From an uncultured Actinomycetes bacterium (GTDB lineage: Bacteria > Actinomycetota > Thermoleophilia > RBG-16-64-13): a stretch of 64,000 bases of DNA. The notes under the pieces were generated by a model. It was not told the DNA's origin, ran no database searches, and worked only from the letters and a program-made list of their open reading frames with translations. The translations under genes and the position numbers were made by a program. The stretch covers positions 3,218,829 through 3,282,828 of the forward strand of contig CAVZIK010000006.1 of the NCBI GenBank assembly GCA_963775295.1, written 5' to 3'. Positions 37,728-49,959 of the stretch are shown piece by piece (positions within the stretch are counted from its first letter, which is position 1; each line of letters starts with the position of its first letter).

Positions 37728-38729
37728 ATGAGAGCAGCCTTCATCGTGGCGCCCAGACAATTTGAGATACGCGAGATCCCCACCCCGGAGATCACCGACA
37801 GCCAGATGTTGGTCAAGATCGAAGCCTGTGGAGTCTGCTCGAGCGACATGTCGGGGTACAAGGACTCCTGGTCAGAGGAAATGAAGCAGATCAACCCCTT
37901 CCCCCGCCGTGCCGGACATGAGCCCGGCGGAACCGTGGTGGAGGTAGGTAGGCTGGTGAAGGGCTTCGAGGTGGGCGACCGGATCACCGGCTACTTCGCC
38001 GATGACGCATACTGCGAGTATGTGGCCGTCGATCCCACCAGCCCAACACACCGCGGGCACGGCTTCATAATCGAGAAGATCCCTGATGGGATCCCCTTCG
38101 AATATGCCCTGGGCGAACCCCTGATGAGCCTAATGTCCATCGCGCGGACAACTACGCCGGAATTCGGCGACTATGTCTTCCAGGTTGGGGCAGGCTTTAT
38201 GGGCCTGGGCATCATCGCCGGAGTCTCCTCTCCCAAGCTGCGTGAGTACATTGTGGTCGACCTCGATGACGAGCGCCTGGAACTGGCAAGGGAACTGGGG
38301 GCCACCATCACGCTCAATCCCAAGAAGGTGGATGTAGTCGAGGAGGTAATGCAGATCACCGGGGGACGCGGAGTCGACGTGGCAATCGAGGTTGTCGGAC
38401 GCCCCATAGGCATCAAGATGACCGGGGATGTCATCAAGAACAATCGAGCCAAGGTGATCCTCGTAGGCTGGCATCAAGCGCCGGATACCTACGAGTTGTT
38501 CAACTGGATCAAGTCCCCGATCATCTACAGCCCCCAGGGAATCGGCATGTCTACCAACTACCAGAGCGAGTTGGAGCGGGCGATGTGGGCTTTGAAGGCC
38601 GGCATCTACCCGATGGAGAAGCTGGTCACCCACAAGTACAGGCTGGAGGACATCGGCCAGGCCTTTGAAGCCAATCTGAGCCTGACGCCCGGCTATATCA
38701 AGGGCGTGGTCATGCCCTTCATGGAGTAG
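37728..38729 (+). CDS. Zinc-binding MDR dehydrogenase (no structural-Zn lobe)
   Basis: CGVCSSD, AGHEPGG, GAGFMG, GVDVAIEVVG. RBS AAGGAG. Confidence 0.9.
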   Translation: MRAAFIVAPRQFEIREIPTPEITDSQMLVKIEACGVCSSDMSGYKDSWSEEMKQINPFPRRAGHEPGGTVVEVGRLVKGFEVGDRITGYFADDAYCEYVAVDPTSPTHRGHGFIIEKIPDGIPFEYALGEPLMSLMSIARTTTPEFGDYVFQVGAGFMGLGIIAGVSSPKLREYIVVDLDDERLELARELGATITLNPKKVDVVEEVMQITGGRGVDVAIEVVGRPIGIKMTGDVIKNNRAKVILVGWHQAPDTYELFNWIKSPIIYSPQGIGMSTNYQSELERAMWALKAGIYPMEKLVTHKYRLEDIGQAFEANLSLTPGYIKGVVMPFME

Positions 38730-38794
38730 CGGAACAGCCGAACGCAGATGCGCGACCCACCGTCGGCTTTGCTCGGACATTTTCGCCCGAACAG

Positions 38795-40222
38795 TCACTT
38801 ATCGCCGTGAGCAACACCTGAGTCGCTGAGACATTCGGTTATCCCCTTCTGAGGGACCGGATCCACCCAGGGACCGTCGCCTCCGATCAGTTCTTCTGCT
38901 TCGACCGGCCCCCACGTGCCGGGTTCATATGCATAGAAAGGCGTCGCATCCCCCAGCACGGGATCGACGACCCGCCAGGCCGCTTCCACCCCGCCCTGAC
39001 TGGCAAAGAGCTCGGGGTCGCCGCGCATGGCATCTGCGAACAACCGCTGATAGGGGGGCTTCTCGTCACGGGGGCAGGAAACCAGAGCAAGTTCGACATT
39101 TCGGCCGACCATCCGCTCTCCCGGCACCTTCACGCGCATTCCCATGCCTATCGCGACATCCGGACTGACGCGCACCCGCAGATGGCTGGAAAACGGCGAC
39201 ACGATCTCGCCGAAGGTCTCCCGGGGAGGCCGTTTGAATTCCACGATGACTTCGGTGGCGGTGGTGGCCATCTCCTTGCCTGCACGGATGTAGATGGGCA
39301 CATCCGCCCAGCGCCAATTGTCGATGAAAGCCCGCATGGCAACATAGGTCTCCACGGTGGAGGAGGCAGCGACACCGGGCGTCGAGCGATATCCCAGGTA
39401 CTGGCCCCTGACCACGCCAGCCGGCTCGATGGGACGGATGGCTTTCATCAACCGAGTCTTCTCGCCACGGTAGGCCTCCTGGTTCCAGCCGGCAGGTGGG
39501 TCCATGGCAAGAACGGCCAGCACTTGCAGCAGGTGGTTCTGAACGACGTCACGGATCGTGCCCGCTTGCTCGTAGAACGAGCCTCGATCCTTCACCCCGA
39601 AATCCTCTGCCATCGTGATCTGGATGGTCCGCACGTGGTCACGGTTCCAGATCGGCTCGAGCATTGGATTTGCGAAGCGGACATAGGTGATGTTCTGAAC
39701 CGGTTCCTTTCCAAGGAAATGATCGATTCTAAAGATCGCCGATTCCGGGAAGTGTTCGTGGAGCGTCCGGTTCAGTTCTTGGGCCGAAGTCAGATCATGC
39801 CCAAAGGGCTTCTCGACCACCACCCGAGCCCCGGATACACAGCCGGAAGCGGCCAGCGAACCGGCTACGACCGGGAAAACACTCGGCGGAACGGCCATAT
39901 AGAAGAGCGGCCGCCGAGCTCCCCCCAGCGCTTCCTTGATCTTGGTATAGGTATCCGGGGCGCCATAGTCACCGGAGACATACTGGAGCAAGTTCGCAAG
40001 GCTGCGAAAGGCCTCGGGCTCGAAGGCGCCGTATCGTTCGATGCTGTCCTCGGCCCGCTTTTTCAGATGGTCCAGAGTCCAAGGAGACCTTGCCACACCG
40101 ATGACCGGAACATTGAGCCCCTCATCGAGGACCAGGCCTTGGAGCGCCGGAAAGATCTGTTTGTGGACAAGATCCCCTGTGGCACCAAAGATCACCAACG
40201 CATCCGACTGGATTGCTCCCAC
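38795..40222 (-). CDS. zwf: Glucose-6-phosphate 1-dehydrogenase
   Basis: IFGATGDL, EKPFG, RIDHFLGKE, DVVQNH, RAGK. Confidence 0.96.
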   Translation of the reverse strand: MGAIQSDALVIFGATGDLVHKQIFPALQGLVLDEGLNVPVIGVARSPWTLDHLKKRAEDSIERYGAFEPEAFRSLANLLQYVSGDYGAPDTYTKIKEALGGARRPLFYMAVPPSVFPVVAGSLAASGCVSGARVVVEKPFGHDLTSAQELNRTLHEHFPESAIFRIDHFLGKEPVQNITYVRFANPMLEPIWNRDHVRTIQITMAEDFGVKDRGSFYEQAGTIRDVVQNHLLQVLAVLAMDPPAGWNQEAYRGEKTRLMKAIRPIEPAGVVRGQYLGYRSTPGVAASSTVETYVAMRAFIDNWRWADVPIYIRAGKEMATTATEVIVEFKRPPRETFGEIVSPFSSHLRVRVSPDVAIGMGMRVKVPGERMVGRNVELALVSCPRDEKPPYQRLFADAMRGDPELFASQGGVEAAWRVVDPVLGDATPFYAYEPGTWGPVEAEELIGGDGPWVDPVPQKGITECLSDSGVAHGDK

Positions 40223-40337
40223 TATCGGCCCCCTGACAGCGCGCGAAGTTCTGTGAGGCTCCCTCCACAACCAAGGCGACGTTGCCTCCCCTTGGGCGAA
40301 AGGGCATGATGACGTCCCACCTAGGAACACTCGCCAG

Positions 40338-40363
40338 ATTCCCCGGCAAGACTGTCTCAAAAC
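40338..40363 (-). promoter_or_regulatory. SigB/SigF-like promoter upstream of zwf
   Basis: GTTT-N16-GGGAAT on the minus strand. Confidence 0.55.
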
Positions 40364-40431
40364 CCCGGATCCGCTTAGGCTCGAGCGTCCCGGAACAAAG
40401 CTATTGCCCTCTGGATTCAGATGTCAATCGT

Positions 40432-43059
40432 TCACTTTGGTGACTCATCTTTCCGAATCTCGCGCTCCGCCTGGAGCCAGTCTCGGCCTGCTTGGCCTTC
40501 GCGCCGGCCTCGTTGCTCGTAGAGTTCGTAGGCCCGTGTGGCGATTTGCGATCTGAGGTCGCGCGGCTTCTTGGCCAACAAAGGAGCTTTCGTGGGGTCA
40601 AACACCCGATAGGCGATCAGCTTGACACGGTCATTCACGAGGAACCATACCAGAGCATAGCCCCACACGAAGAGCGCCCAGCCCCAGCCGAGGGGAGTCA
40701 TGAACAGCCCGTAAACCGCTATCAAGGTCGCGACGATTTGCGTGCCGAGTACTGCGGCCCATAGAATCCGGGCAGGGCGTATCGACCAAAAGGGGCCACG
40801 GGTGCGCGTCAGAAAAATGGTCAGGTGTCCGGCGACGGAGAGCATCAGGTACATCAACGTTTGGATGTGCGCATGGTCGAAGTCAAAGACTCGGTCGCCC
40901 AGATAGAACAGGCCAAACGCGGCCACGGGACCGATGAGGCCCAGCACTGTAGCGATCCCCAGCACCTCGCGCATGTTCCATGACTCGGGCTTGTCTTTGT
41001 AATGAACGTTGTCATAGGCGATGGACAGGATCGCCCCGTCATTGAGCAAGGCGAGCATGACGATCATCACCGCGGTCAGCGGATAGAAGTTGAACACCAG
41101 GATCGCGAGCGCCATAAAGAAGAGCACGCGCAGCGACTCGGCGATGCGATACATGGCATAGCTGTTCATGCGCTGGAAGATCTTCCGGCTCTCTTTGATG
41201 GCGTCTATGATCACCGACAGGCCGCAGGTGAGTAGCACGATGGACGCCGCCGCCCGCGCCGCGTCCGTGGCGCCCGAAACGGCGATGCCGCAGTCGGCCT
41301 TTTTGAGCGCCGGGGCGTCGTTTACCCCGTCACCTGTCATGCCGACGATGTGGCCGCGTTGTTGCAGGACGTCCACTATGTGGAACTTGTGTTCGGGGAA
41401 CACCTGGGCAAATCCGTCTGCCTCTTCGATGGACTCCGCCAGCCGTGCAGTCTCGTGATGCTTGGTGTCGCCGAAGCCGCTGGCGTCGAGAATATTTGTC
41501 CCCATCCCCAATTTCTCGGCGGTTTCCCGGGCGATGGCCACCTGATCGCCCGTGACCATCTTGACGTCCACTCCCATCTGGCCGGCGGTCGCGATGGTCG
41601 CTTTGGCTTCTTCACGGGGCGGGTCGAAAAGCGGCAACACCCCGAGAAATTGCCAGGGTCCCTGCCGGACCGCCCGAGCCACACCGAGCGAGCGGAAGCC
41701 GCGCGTCGCAAACTCGTTGATGGCTTCTTCGACGGCGCCCCTCAACTGCCCGGCATCGGCCGACAACTCCAAGATCACCTGCGGCGCGCCCTTGCTTACC
41801 TTGAACTCATTTCCGTCCGGGCCCTTGACGGTGGCCTCGGTGCGCTTGTGCACCGGGTCGAACGGTTGGAAGTGGAGTACCGGATAGTCCTTCAAGGCCT
41901 GGTCATCTTTCAAACCGGCCAGCACGGCCATGTCGATGGTGTCTTTGTCTTCGGCTCGCGAAGCTAGCGCGGCGCAGAGAATGACCTGGTCGGCCGGGAT
42001 GTCATTCACGCTGAAGGGGTCACCTAGGGTGAGCTTGTTCTGAGTGAGGGTTCCTGTCTTGTCGGAGCAGAGCACGTCCACGCCCGCCAACTCCTCGATG
42101 GCTGCCAACCGTGTCACGATGGCCTCTTTTTTGGCCAGCAGGCGGGCGCCCACCGCCATGGTCACGGAGAGCACGGTGGGCATGGCCACGGGAATGGCGG
42201 CGACCGTGAGCACCAGGGCAAACTGAAGCGTGGTGAGGATGGGATCGCCGCGAAAGAGCCCGACGGTGATGATGACCACCACCAGAGCCACCGCGAGGAT
42301 GATGAGGTAATCGCCGATCTTCAGAACGGCACGCTGGAAATGGCTGACGGTGTGCGCTTCCTGCACCAGTTGCGCCGTCTTGCCGAAGTAGGTGTGCCCA
42401 CCGGTAGCGTAGACCATGGCGTCGATCTCGCCCTGGCGGATAATCGATCCTGAGAACACGGGCTCACCCGCCTTGCGCGTGGCGGGAAGAGATTCACCCG
42501 TCAACGCAGATTGATCCACCTCCACCGGGTCGCCATCGAGCAGGCGCGCATCGGCCGGCACGATGTCGCCCAAACGCACGCGGATGACGTCGCCGGGCAC
42601 CAACTCCCGCGGCGCCGGGGTGGTCCACTTCCCGTCGCGCTTCACCCTGGCCTGGATTGCCAACTTGGCCTTCAGGGCGGCGATGGCGTTGCCGGCTTGA
42701 TGTTCTTCCCAGAACCCGACCACGGCGTTGGCCAGAAGCAGAACGAGGATGATGCCAAAGTCCGGCCAATGCCGGGCTACCGCCGAAAGGATCACGGCCG
42801 CTTCGATCATCCACGGAATGGGACCCCAAAAATAGGTGAGGAACTTGAGGAACGGATTAGCTTTCCTTTCTTCGATCTCGTTAGGGCCATATTGGGTAAG
42901 CCGTTTCTCCGCCTCAACCTGAGTGAGGCCCTCCGGTGATGAGCCCAACTTCGCCTGCAGTTCCGGCATGGGAATGGACTTCAGATCGTCCTTGGACTCG
43001 GGTTTTCCCCCCTGCGCTGGCTCGGGCTTGTTCTTGCTGCTGCCTTCCTGCTCTTTCAT
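40432..43059 (-). CDS. Plasma-membrane-type proton-efflux P-type ATPase (P3A) with C-terminal DUF2934
   Basis: FWGPIPWMIE, DQSALTGES, IPVAMP, CSDKTGTLT, FQPFDPVHKRTE, KGAPQ, TGDGVNDAPALK, LLNDG. Tail IATRAYELYEQRGR...DWLQAE. Confidence 0.95.
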   Translation of the reverse strand: MKEQEGSSKNKPEPAQGGKPESKDDLKSIPMPELQAKLGSSPEGLTQVEAEKRLTQYGPNEIEERKANPFLKFLTYFWGPIPWMIEAAVILSAVARHWPDFGIILVLLLANAVVGFWEEHQAGNAIAALKAKLAIQARVKRDGKWTTPAPRELVPGDVIRVRLGDIVPADARLLDGDPVEVDQSALTGESLPATRKAGEPVFSGSIIRQGEIDAMVYATGGHTYFGKTAQLVQEAHTVSHFQRAVLKIGDYLIILAVALVVVIITVGLFRGDPILTTLQFALVLTVAAIPVAMPTVLSVTMAVGARLLAKKEAIVTRLAAIEELAGVDVLCSDKTGTLTQNKLTLGDPFSVNDIPADQVILCAALASRAEDKDTIDMAVLAGLKDDQALKDYPVLHFQPFDPVHKRTEATVKGPDGNEFKVSKGAPQVILELSADAGQLRGAVEEAINEFATRGFRSLGVARAVRQGPWQFLGVLPLFDPPREEAKATIATAGQMGVDVKMVTGDQVAIARETAEKLGMGTNILDASGFGDTKHHETARLAESIEEADGFAQVFPEHKFHIVDVLQQRGHIVGMTGDGVNDAPALKKADCGIAVSGATDAARAAASIVLLTCGLSVIIDAIKESRKIFQRMNSYAMYRIAESLRVLFFMALAILVFNFYPLTAVMIVMLALLNDGAILSIAYDNVHYKDKPESWNMREVLGIATVLGLIGPVAAFGLFYLGDRVFDFDHAHIQTLMYLMLSVAGHLTIFLTRTRGPFWSIRPARILWAAVLGTQIVATLIAVYGLFMTPLGWGWALFVWGYALVWFLVNDRVKLIAYRVFDPTKAPLLAKKPRDLRSQIATRAYELYEQRGRREGQAGRDWLQAEREIRKDESPK

Positions 43060-43092
43060 GCGGGGCCTCTTCTTTTGCGCCCGTGGTACAGG

Positions 43093-44730
<1,638 letters not shown>

Positions 44731-44732
44731 GT

Positions 44733-45755
44733 TCACTCCCTTTCCATCGCCGCACTGTATTCTCCCCGGCGCGCAGCCCGGTTGCACCGGGCTCGATGAG
44801 AGAGCGCTTGCTGAGCCGCGGGCACGTTGGCCTCCTCGCCTTGCCAAATCTCCAGAGCGGGCTGCTGGATGGCCCGGGCAAACGAAAACGCCAGCGCCCA
44901 AGGCAGGCGTGACTTGAAGCGAACATTCATGGCGTTCAACCTAGCCGAGGCCAGTTCAGCGGGTTGACCGCCCGATAGAAACGCAATCCCGGGAACGGCC
45001 GCGGGGACGGCACGTAACAGACACCTCACAGTGGCGTCGGCTACTTCGTCCACCGTCTCTTGCCGGGGACAGGTCAAGCCCGGAAGCACCATGTTGGGCT
45101 TCAGGAGCATCCCCTCCAGAATTACCCGTTGCAGGTGCAAGTGATGGAAGACGACACGAAGGACGTTCTCGGTCACCTCGTCGCAGCGCTCCAGGGTGTG
45201 GTCGCCGTCCATGAGAACTTCCGGCTCCACGATGGGGACAAGTCCGGCTTCCTGGCACAATGCGGCGTAACGAGCCAAGGCGTGCGCGTTTGCCTCGATA
45301 CAACCCCGACTGGGAAGACAATCGCCCACGGCGATCACCGCGCGCCACTTGGCAAAACGGGCTCCCATTTCCGAGTACTCGGCTAGGCGGTCACGCAATC
45401 CGTCCAGACCCTCGGTAACTTTCTCTCCGGGATGACCGGCCAGCTCTTTCGCCCCGGTGTCGACTTTGATGCCTGGGATGATCCCCGCTCCCGCGATCAC
45501 TTGGAGAAACGGCCTGCCATCGCTCGTACGCTGGCGGATGGTCTCGTCGTAAAGGATCGCTCCGCCGATGGCTTCACCGAGACCGGGTGTCGTCACGATC
45601 ATCTCCCGGTAGGCCCTCCGGGCCTCGATGGTCTGGGGAATACCCAGCGCGGCAAATCGTTTATTGCAGGTTGGATTGCTCTCGTCCATGGCCAGCAACC
45701 CCTTGTCGCCGGCGAGGAGGGCTCTCGCAGTGTCTATGAGTTCTGGCGCGTTCAT
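44733..45755 (-). CDS. Class I fructose-bisphosphate aldolase (eukaryote-like type)
   Basis: [36 protein letters not shown] (Schiff-base Lys), FLSGGQ. ATGA overlap with the xfp stop. Confidence 0.95.
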   Translation of the reverse strand: MNAPELIDTARALLAGDKGLLAMDESNPTCNKRFAALGIPQTIEARRAYREMIVTTPGLGEAIGGAILYDETIRQRTSDGRPFLQVIAGAGIIPGIKVDTGAKELAGHPGEKVTEGLDGLRDRLAEYSEMGARFAKWRAVIAVGDCLPSRGCIEANAHALARYAALCQEAGLVPIVEPEVLMDGDHTLERCDEVTENVLRVVFHHLHLQRVILEGMLLKPNMVLPGLTCPRQETVDEVADATVRCLLRAVPAAVPGIAFLSGGQPAELASARLNAMNVRFKSRLPWALAFSFARAIQQPALEIWQGEEANVPAAQQALSHRARCNRAARRGEYSAAMERE

Positions 45756-48121
45756 CTTGGGTTGCCCCATTTCCAGTTCCGGATCTCCGGCAAGTCCAAG
45801 CCGTACTTGGCGATGTACTGCTTGTGCTCGATGAGCTTGTTGTGCATCATTTGCTTCAGATAGGATCCCTTGGTGCCCAACTGCGGTAGCCGATCGACCA
45901 CGTCCTGCACCAGGTGGAACCGGTCCAGCTCGTTCTGCACCCTTATGTCAAAGGCCGACGTGAAGTCGCCCTCTTCTTTGTAGCCGCGGACGTGCAGGTT
46001 GTGGTTGGTCCGGCGGTAGGTCAGCCGGTGGATGAGCCAGGGATAGCCATGAAAGGCAAAGATTATGTGCTTGTCCTTGGTGAAGAGCGAATCGTAATCG
46101 TTATCGCTCAGCCCGTGCGGGTGCTCCGTACTGGGCTCCAGCTTCATGAGATCGACGACATTGACTACCCTGATCTTGAGTTCGGGGAGATGCTCGCGCA
46201 GGATGGAAACGGCGGCCAAGATCTCAAGCGTGGGCGTGTCTCCGCAACACGCCATGACCACGTCCGGCTCGGAGTCCTGGTCGTTGCTGGCCCATTGCCA
46301 GATGCCGATGCCCTCAGTGCAGTGTACGACCGCTTCTTCCATGGTCAGCCACTGGGGCATCGGGTGCTTTCCAGCGACCACCACGTTCACATAGTGCCGG
46401 CTGCGCAGGCAGTGATCAAACACCGAGAGTAGACAGTTGGCGTCGGGCGGAAGGTAGACGCGTACGATGTCGGCTTTCTTATTGACGACGTGGTCGAGGA
46501 AACCGGGATCCTGATGCGTGAAGCCGTTGTGGTCCTGCTGCCAGACGTGAGAGGCGAGCAGATAGTTGAGCGAGGCGATCTTTTCGCGCCACGGCAGTTG
46601 TGCTGTGACCTTCAGCCACTTGGCGTGCTGGTTAAACATCGAATCTACGATGTGAATAAAAGCCTCATAGCAGTTGAACAGCCCGTGCCGTCCGGTGAGC
46701 AGATAACCCTCTAGCCAACCCTCGCACTGGTGCTCGCTTAACATCGAGTCCAGGACGCGTCCGGCAGAAGCGAGGAATTCATCGTTTTCTTGTTCTCGCG
46801 CGTCCCATTGCCGGTTAGTAACATCAAATACCGCATCCAAGAGATTCGACAGGGTCTCATCGGGACCGAACACGCGGAAATTACGCTGATCATCGTTCAG
46901 CTTGACCACCTCACGCAGGAACTTGCCCAGAACAAGCGTGTCTTGGCCGTCCACCGCGCCGGGTGAAGGCACATCCACCGCGTGTACCCGGAAGTCCGGC
47001 ATGCGCAGGTCGCGTAGCAGCTTGCCGCCGTTAGCGTGTGGATTGGCGCCCATCCGGCGGTCGCCCCTCGGGGCCAACTCGGCCAATTCCGGCATGAGCC
47101 GGCCCTGCTCGTCGAATAGTTCTTCTGCCTTGTAGCTCCTCATCCAACTTTCAAGCTGCCCCAGATGATCGGGGTGCTCGGCGTCCACGATGATTGGTAC
47201 CTGATGCGACCGGAACGTACCCTCAACTTGCAGCCCATCGACCATTTTCGGTCCGGTCCAACCCTTGGGGGACCTGAGAACGATCATTGGCCAGCGCGGC
47301 CGCGTGGTGTCGTTCTTGTTGCGTGCGTTATCTTGGATGTCCAGAATAGCCTCGATAGCCACATCCAGAGTGCTGGCCATGAGTTCGTGCATCTCTTCCG
47401 GCTCGTCACCTTCCACAAAGTGGGGTGTCCATCCGCAGCCTCGCAAGAATTGTTCCAATTCCTCATGCTCGATGCGGGCAAGGACGGTCGGGTTGCTGAT
47501 CTTGTAGCCGTTGAGATGTAGGATCGGCAACACTGCTCCGTCGGCAATGGGGTTGAGAAACTTGGTGGATTGCCAAGCGGTCGCCAGGGGGCCCGTCTCC
47601 GCCTCACCGTCGCCGACCACGCAGGCTACGACGAGATCGGGGTTGTCGAGAGCGGCCCCGAAGGCGTGGCTGAGCGAGTACCCGAGTTCGCCACCCTCGT
47701 GAATCGAACCCGGCGTTGTCGGCGCCACATGGCTGGAGACGCCGCCGGGAAACGAGAACTGCGTGAACAGCTTTTTGAGACCGGCTTCATCCCGGCTGAT
47801 GTCGGGATAGATCTCGCTGTAGGTGCCCTCAAGATACGTGTTGCCCACCAGGGCCGGGCCCCCGTGACCGGGGCCTGCGATATAGAACATATCCAGGTCG
47901 TACTTCTTGATGACCCGGTTCAAATGCACGTAAATGAAGTTCTGGCCCGGCGTCGTGCCCCAGTGACCGACCACCAGTGGCTTCACATGCGACAGCTTTA
48001 GCGGCTCCTTCAGCAGCGGATTGTCGTAGAGATAGATCTGGCCGACAGACAGGTAGTTGGCGGCGCGCCAGTAAGCGTCCATCTTGTGGAGCAGTTGCGG
48101 AGAAAGAGTCTTGATTTCCAT
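45752..48121 (-). CDS. xfp: Phosphoketolase (Xfp)
   Basis: [61 protein letters not shown]. Confidence 0.97.
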   Translation of the reverse strand: MEIKTLSPQLLHKMDAYWRAANYLSVGQIYLYDNPLLKEPLKLSHVKPLVVGHWGTTPGQNFIYVHLNRVIKKYDLDMFYIAGPGHGGPALVGNTYLEGTYSEIYPDISRDEAGLKKLFTQFSFPGGVSSHVAPTTPGSIHEGGELGYSLSHAFGAALDNPDLVVACVVGDGEAETGPLATAWQSTKFLNPIADGAVLPILHLNGYKISNPTVLARIEHEELEQFLRGCGWTPHFVEGDEPEEMHELMASTLDVAIEAILDIQDNARNKNDTTRPRWPMIVLRSPKGWTGPKMVDGLQVEGTFRSHQVPIIVDAEHPDHLGQLESWMRSYKAEELFDEQGRLMPELAELAPRGDRRMGANPHANGGKLLRDLRMPDFRVHAVDVPSPGAVDGQDTLVLGKFLREVVKLNDDQRNFRVFGPDETLSNLLDAVFDVTNRQWDAREQENDEFLASAGRVLDSMLSEHQCEGWLEGYLLTGRHGLFNCYEAFIHIVDSMFNQHAKWLKVTAQLPWREKIASLNYLLASHVWQQDHNGFTHQDPGFLDHVVNKKADIVRVYLPPDANCLLSVFDHCLRSRHYVNVVVAGKHPMPQWLTMEEAVVHCTEGIGIWQWASNDQDSEPDVVMACCGDTPTLEILAAVSILREHLPELKIRVVNVVDLMKLEPSTEHPHGLSDNDYDSLFTKDKHIIFAFHGYPWLIHRLTYRRTNHNLHVRGYKEEGDFTSAFDIRVQNELDRFHLVQDVVDRLPQLGTKGSYLKQMMHNKLIEHKQYIAKYGLDLPEIRNWKWGNPR

Positions 48122-48291
48122 GGTTCAGTTCTCCTCATTGTGCAAGCCCTGCGAGGCTAGTTTTTCGCAGGCGGAGCTGCGATCGGCGTGAAGAAAGCTG
48201 GAATCCCCGGACCGTCTGCGGTCTGGGCAACATTGGGGAGTCGATTTGTCGAATGGCGCAGTCTGCAACTGGATAACTGAGTAGTCGCGAT

Positions 48292-49950
48292 TCACAAGGC
48301 CGCCAATGCGTCGTTCACCGTCGTCTGCGCTTCCTCCAGAACACGCCTCAGATGATCCTTCCCGCCGAAGCTCTCGCCGTAGATCTTGTAGATGTCTTCG
48401 GTCCCGGACGGGCGCGCCGCGAACCAGCAAGAGTCCGCGACCACCTTCAGTCCACCGATGGAAGCGCCGTTGCCGGGCGCATGCGTAAGGATTGTCCGAA
48501 TAGGCTCTCCGGCCAGTTCTTTGGTTCGGACCTGCTGAGGCGATAGCCTCGCAAGCATCGCCTTCTGTTCCGGAGTCGCCGGTGCCTCTACGCGGTCGTA
48601 GGCGGGCTCGCCGAACTCGCCCGTCAATTCCTGATAGATCTCTCCCGGATCGCGCCCTGTGCGCGCCATGATCTCGGCGGCGAGCAGCGCCGGGACGATG
48701 CCGTCCTTGTCCGTTGTCCAGACGCTGCCGTCCAGACGAGCGAAGGAGGCGCCCGCACTCTCCTCCCCCCCAAAGCCAAGCGAACCGTCCAGCAGGCCGT
48801 CCACAAACCACTTGAAGCCCACCGGAACCTCGTAGAGCCTGCGCTCCAGCTTCTGACTCACAAGATCGATCATCCGGCTGCTCACAACCGTCTTGCCTAC
48901 TGCCATTTCCGCCTGCCAGTTCGGGCGGTGTTGGAAGAGGTAGTAGATCGCGACCGCGAGGTAGTGGTTGGGAGGAAGCAAGCCGAAGCTGCGAGTGACG
49001 ATCCCGTGCCTATCCGCGTCGGTGTCACAAGCGAACGCCAACTGGAAGCGATCCTTGAGGACGATGAGCGATCGCATGGCATAAGGAGACGATGGGTCCA
49101 TGCGGATCTGACCGTCCCAATCCACAGTCATGAACCGGAAGGTCGGATCGACCGTCTCATTGACCACCTTGAGGTCCAGCCCATAGCGCTCCGCGATAGG
49201 CTCCCAGTAGTGGACCGCCGCGCCGCCCAGGGGGTCCACCCCCAGCGCGATCTTCGCGTCGCGGATAACCCTCATGTCGATGACAGAGCCGAGGTCGTTG
49301 ACATAGGCGTTGAGAAAATCGTGTCGATGGGTGGTGGAGGCACCAAGTGCCTTTTCGAAGGAAGCCCGTTTCACCCCCCGCAGACCTACCGCAAGGAACT
49401 GGTTCGCCTTCTGCTCAATCCAATCCGTGACCTCGGGTTCCGCCGGACCGCCGCTCGGCGGATTGTACTTGAAGCCGCCCTCATGAGGAGGGTTGTGCGA
49501 GGGCGTTATCACGATGCCGTCCGCAAGTCCCGACTTTCGACCCCGGTTGTGGGTGAGAATCGCGTGGGAAATCACGGGGGTCGGGGTGTACTCGTCCCCT
49601 GCGGAGATCATCACCTCCACCTCGTTTGCCGCGAGGACTTCCAGCGCGCTGGTGAAGGCTGGTACCGAGAGAGCGTGCGTATCGAAACCGATAAACAGCG
49701 GCCCGTCGATCTTCTGCTGCCTGCGGTAGAGGCAGATCGCTTGGGTTATCGCCAGGATATGCCACTCGTTGAAAGATCCATCAAACGCGGAGCCGCGATG
49801 CCCCGAGGTGCCGAAGGCTACCTGTTGCGCCGGAACCGAAGGATCGGGCGTTTGCGCGAAATAAGCGGTGACCAGCTTGGGCACGTCGACCAACATCGAC
49901 GGGTCGGGCGGCTCTCCGGCAAGAGGGCTGAGCTTCATGGGACTCTCCAT
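48292..49950 (-). CDS. pgm: Phosphoglucomutase
   Basis: FGTSGHRG, TPSHNP (phospho-Ser), DTDADRHG, GEESAG, ARPSGTE. Confidence 0.96.
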   Translation of the reverse strand: MESPMKLSPLAGEPPDPSMLVDVPKLVTAYFAQTPDPSVPAQQVAFGTSGHRGSAFDGSFNEWHILAITQAICLYRRQQKIDGPLFIGFDTHALSVPAFTSALEVLAANEVEVMISAGDEYTPTPVISHAILTHNRGRKSGLADGIVITPSHNPPHEGGFKYNPPSGGPAEPEVTDWIEQKANQFLAVGLRGVKRASFEKALGASTTHRHDFLNAYVNDLGSVIDMRVIRDAKIALGVDPLGGAAVHYWEPIAERYGLDLKVVNETVDPTFRFMTVDWDGQIRMDPSSPYAMRSLIVLKDRFQLAFACDTDADRHGIVTRSFGLLPPNHYLAVAIYYLFQHRPNWQAEMAVGKTVVSSRMIDLVSQKLERRLYEVPVGFKWFVDGLLDGSLGFGGEESAGASFARLDGSVWTTDKDGIVPALLAAEIMARTGRDPGEIYQELTGEFGEPAYDRVEAPATPEQKAMLARLSPQQVRTKELAGEPIRTILTHAPGNGASIGGLKVVADSCWFAARPSGTEDIYKIYGESFGGKDHLRRVLEEAQTTVNDALAAL

Positions 49951-49959
49951 GCAGACCTC

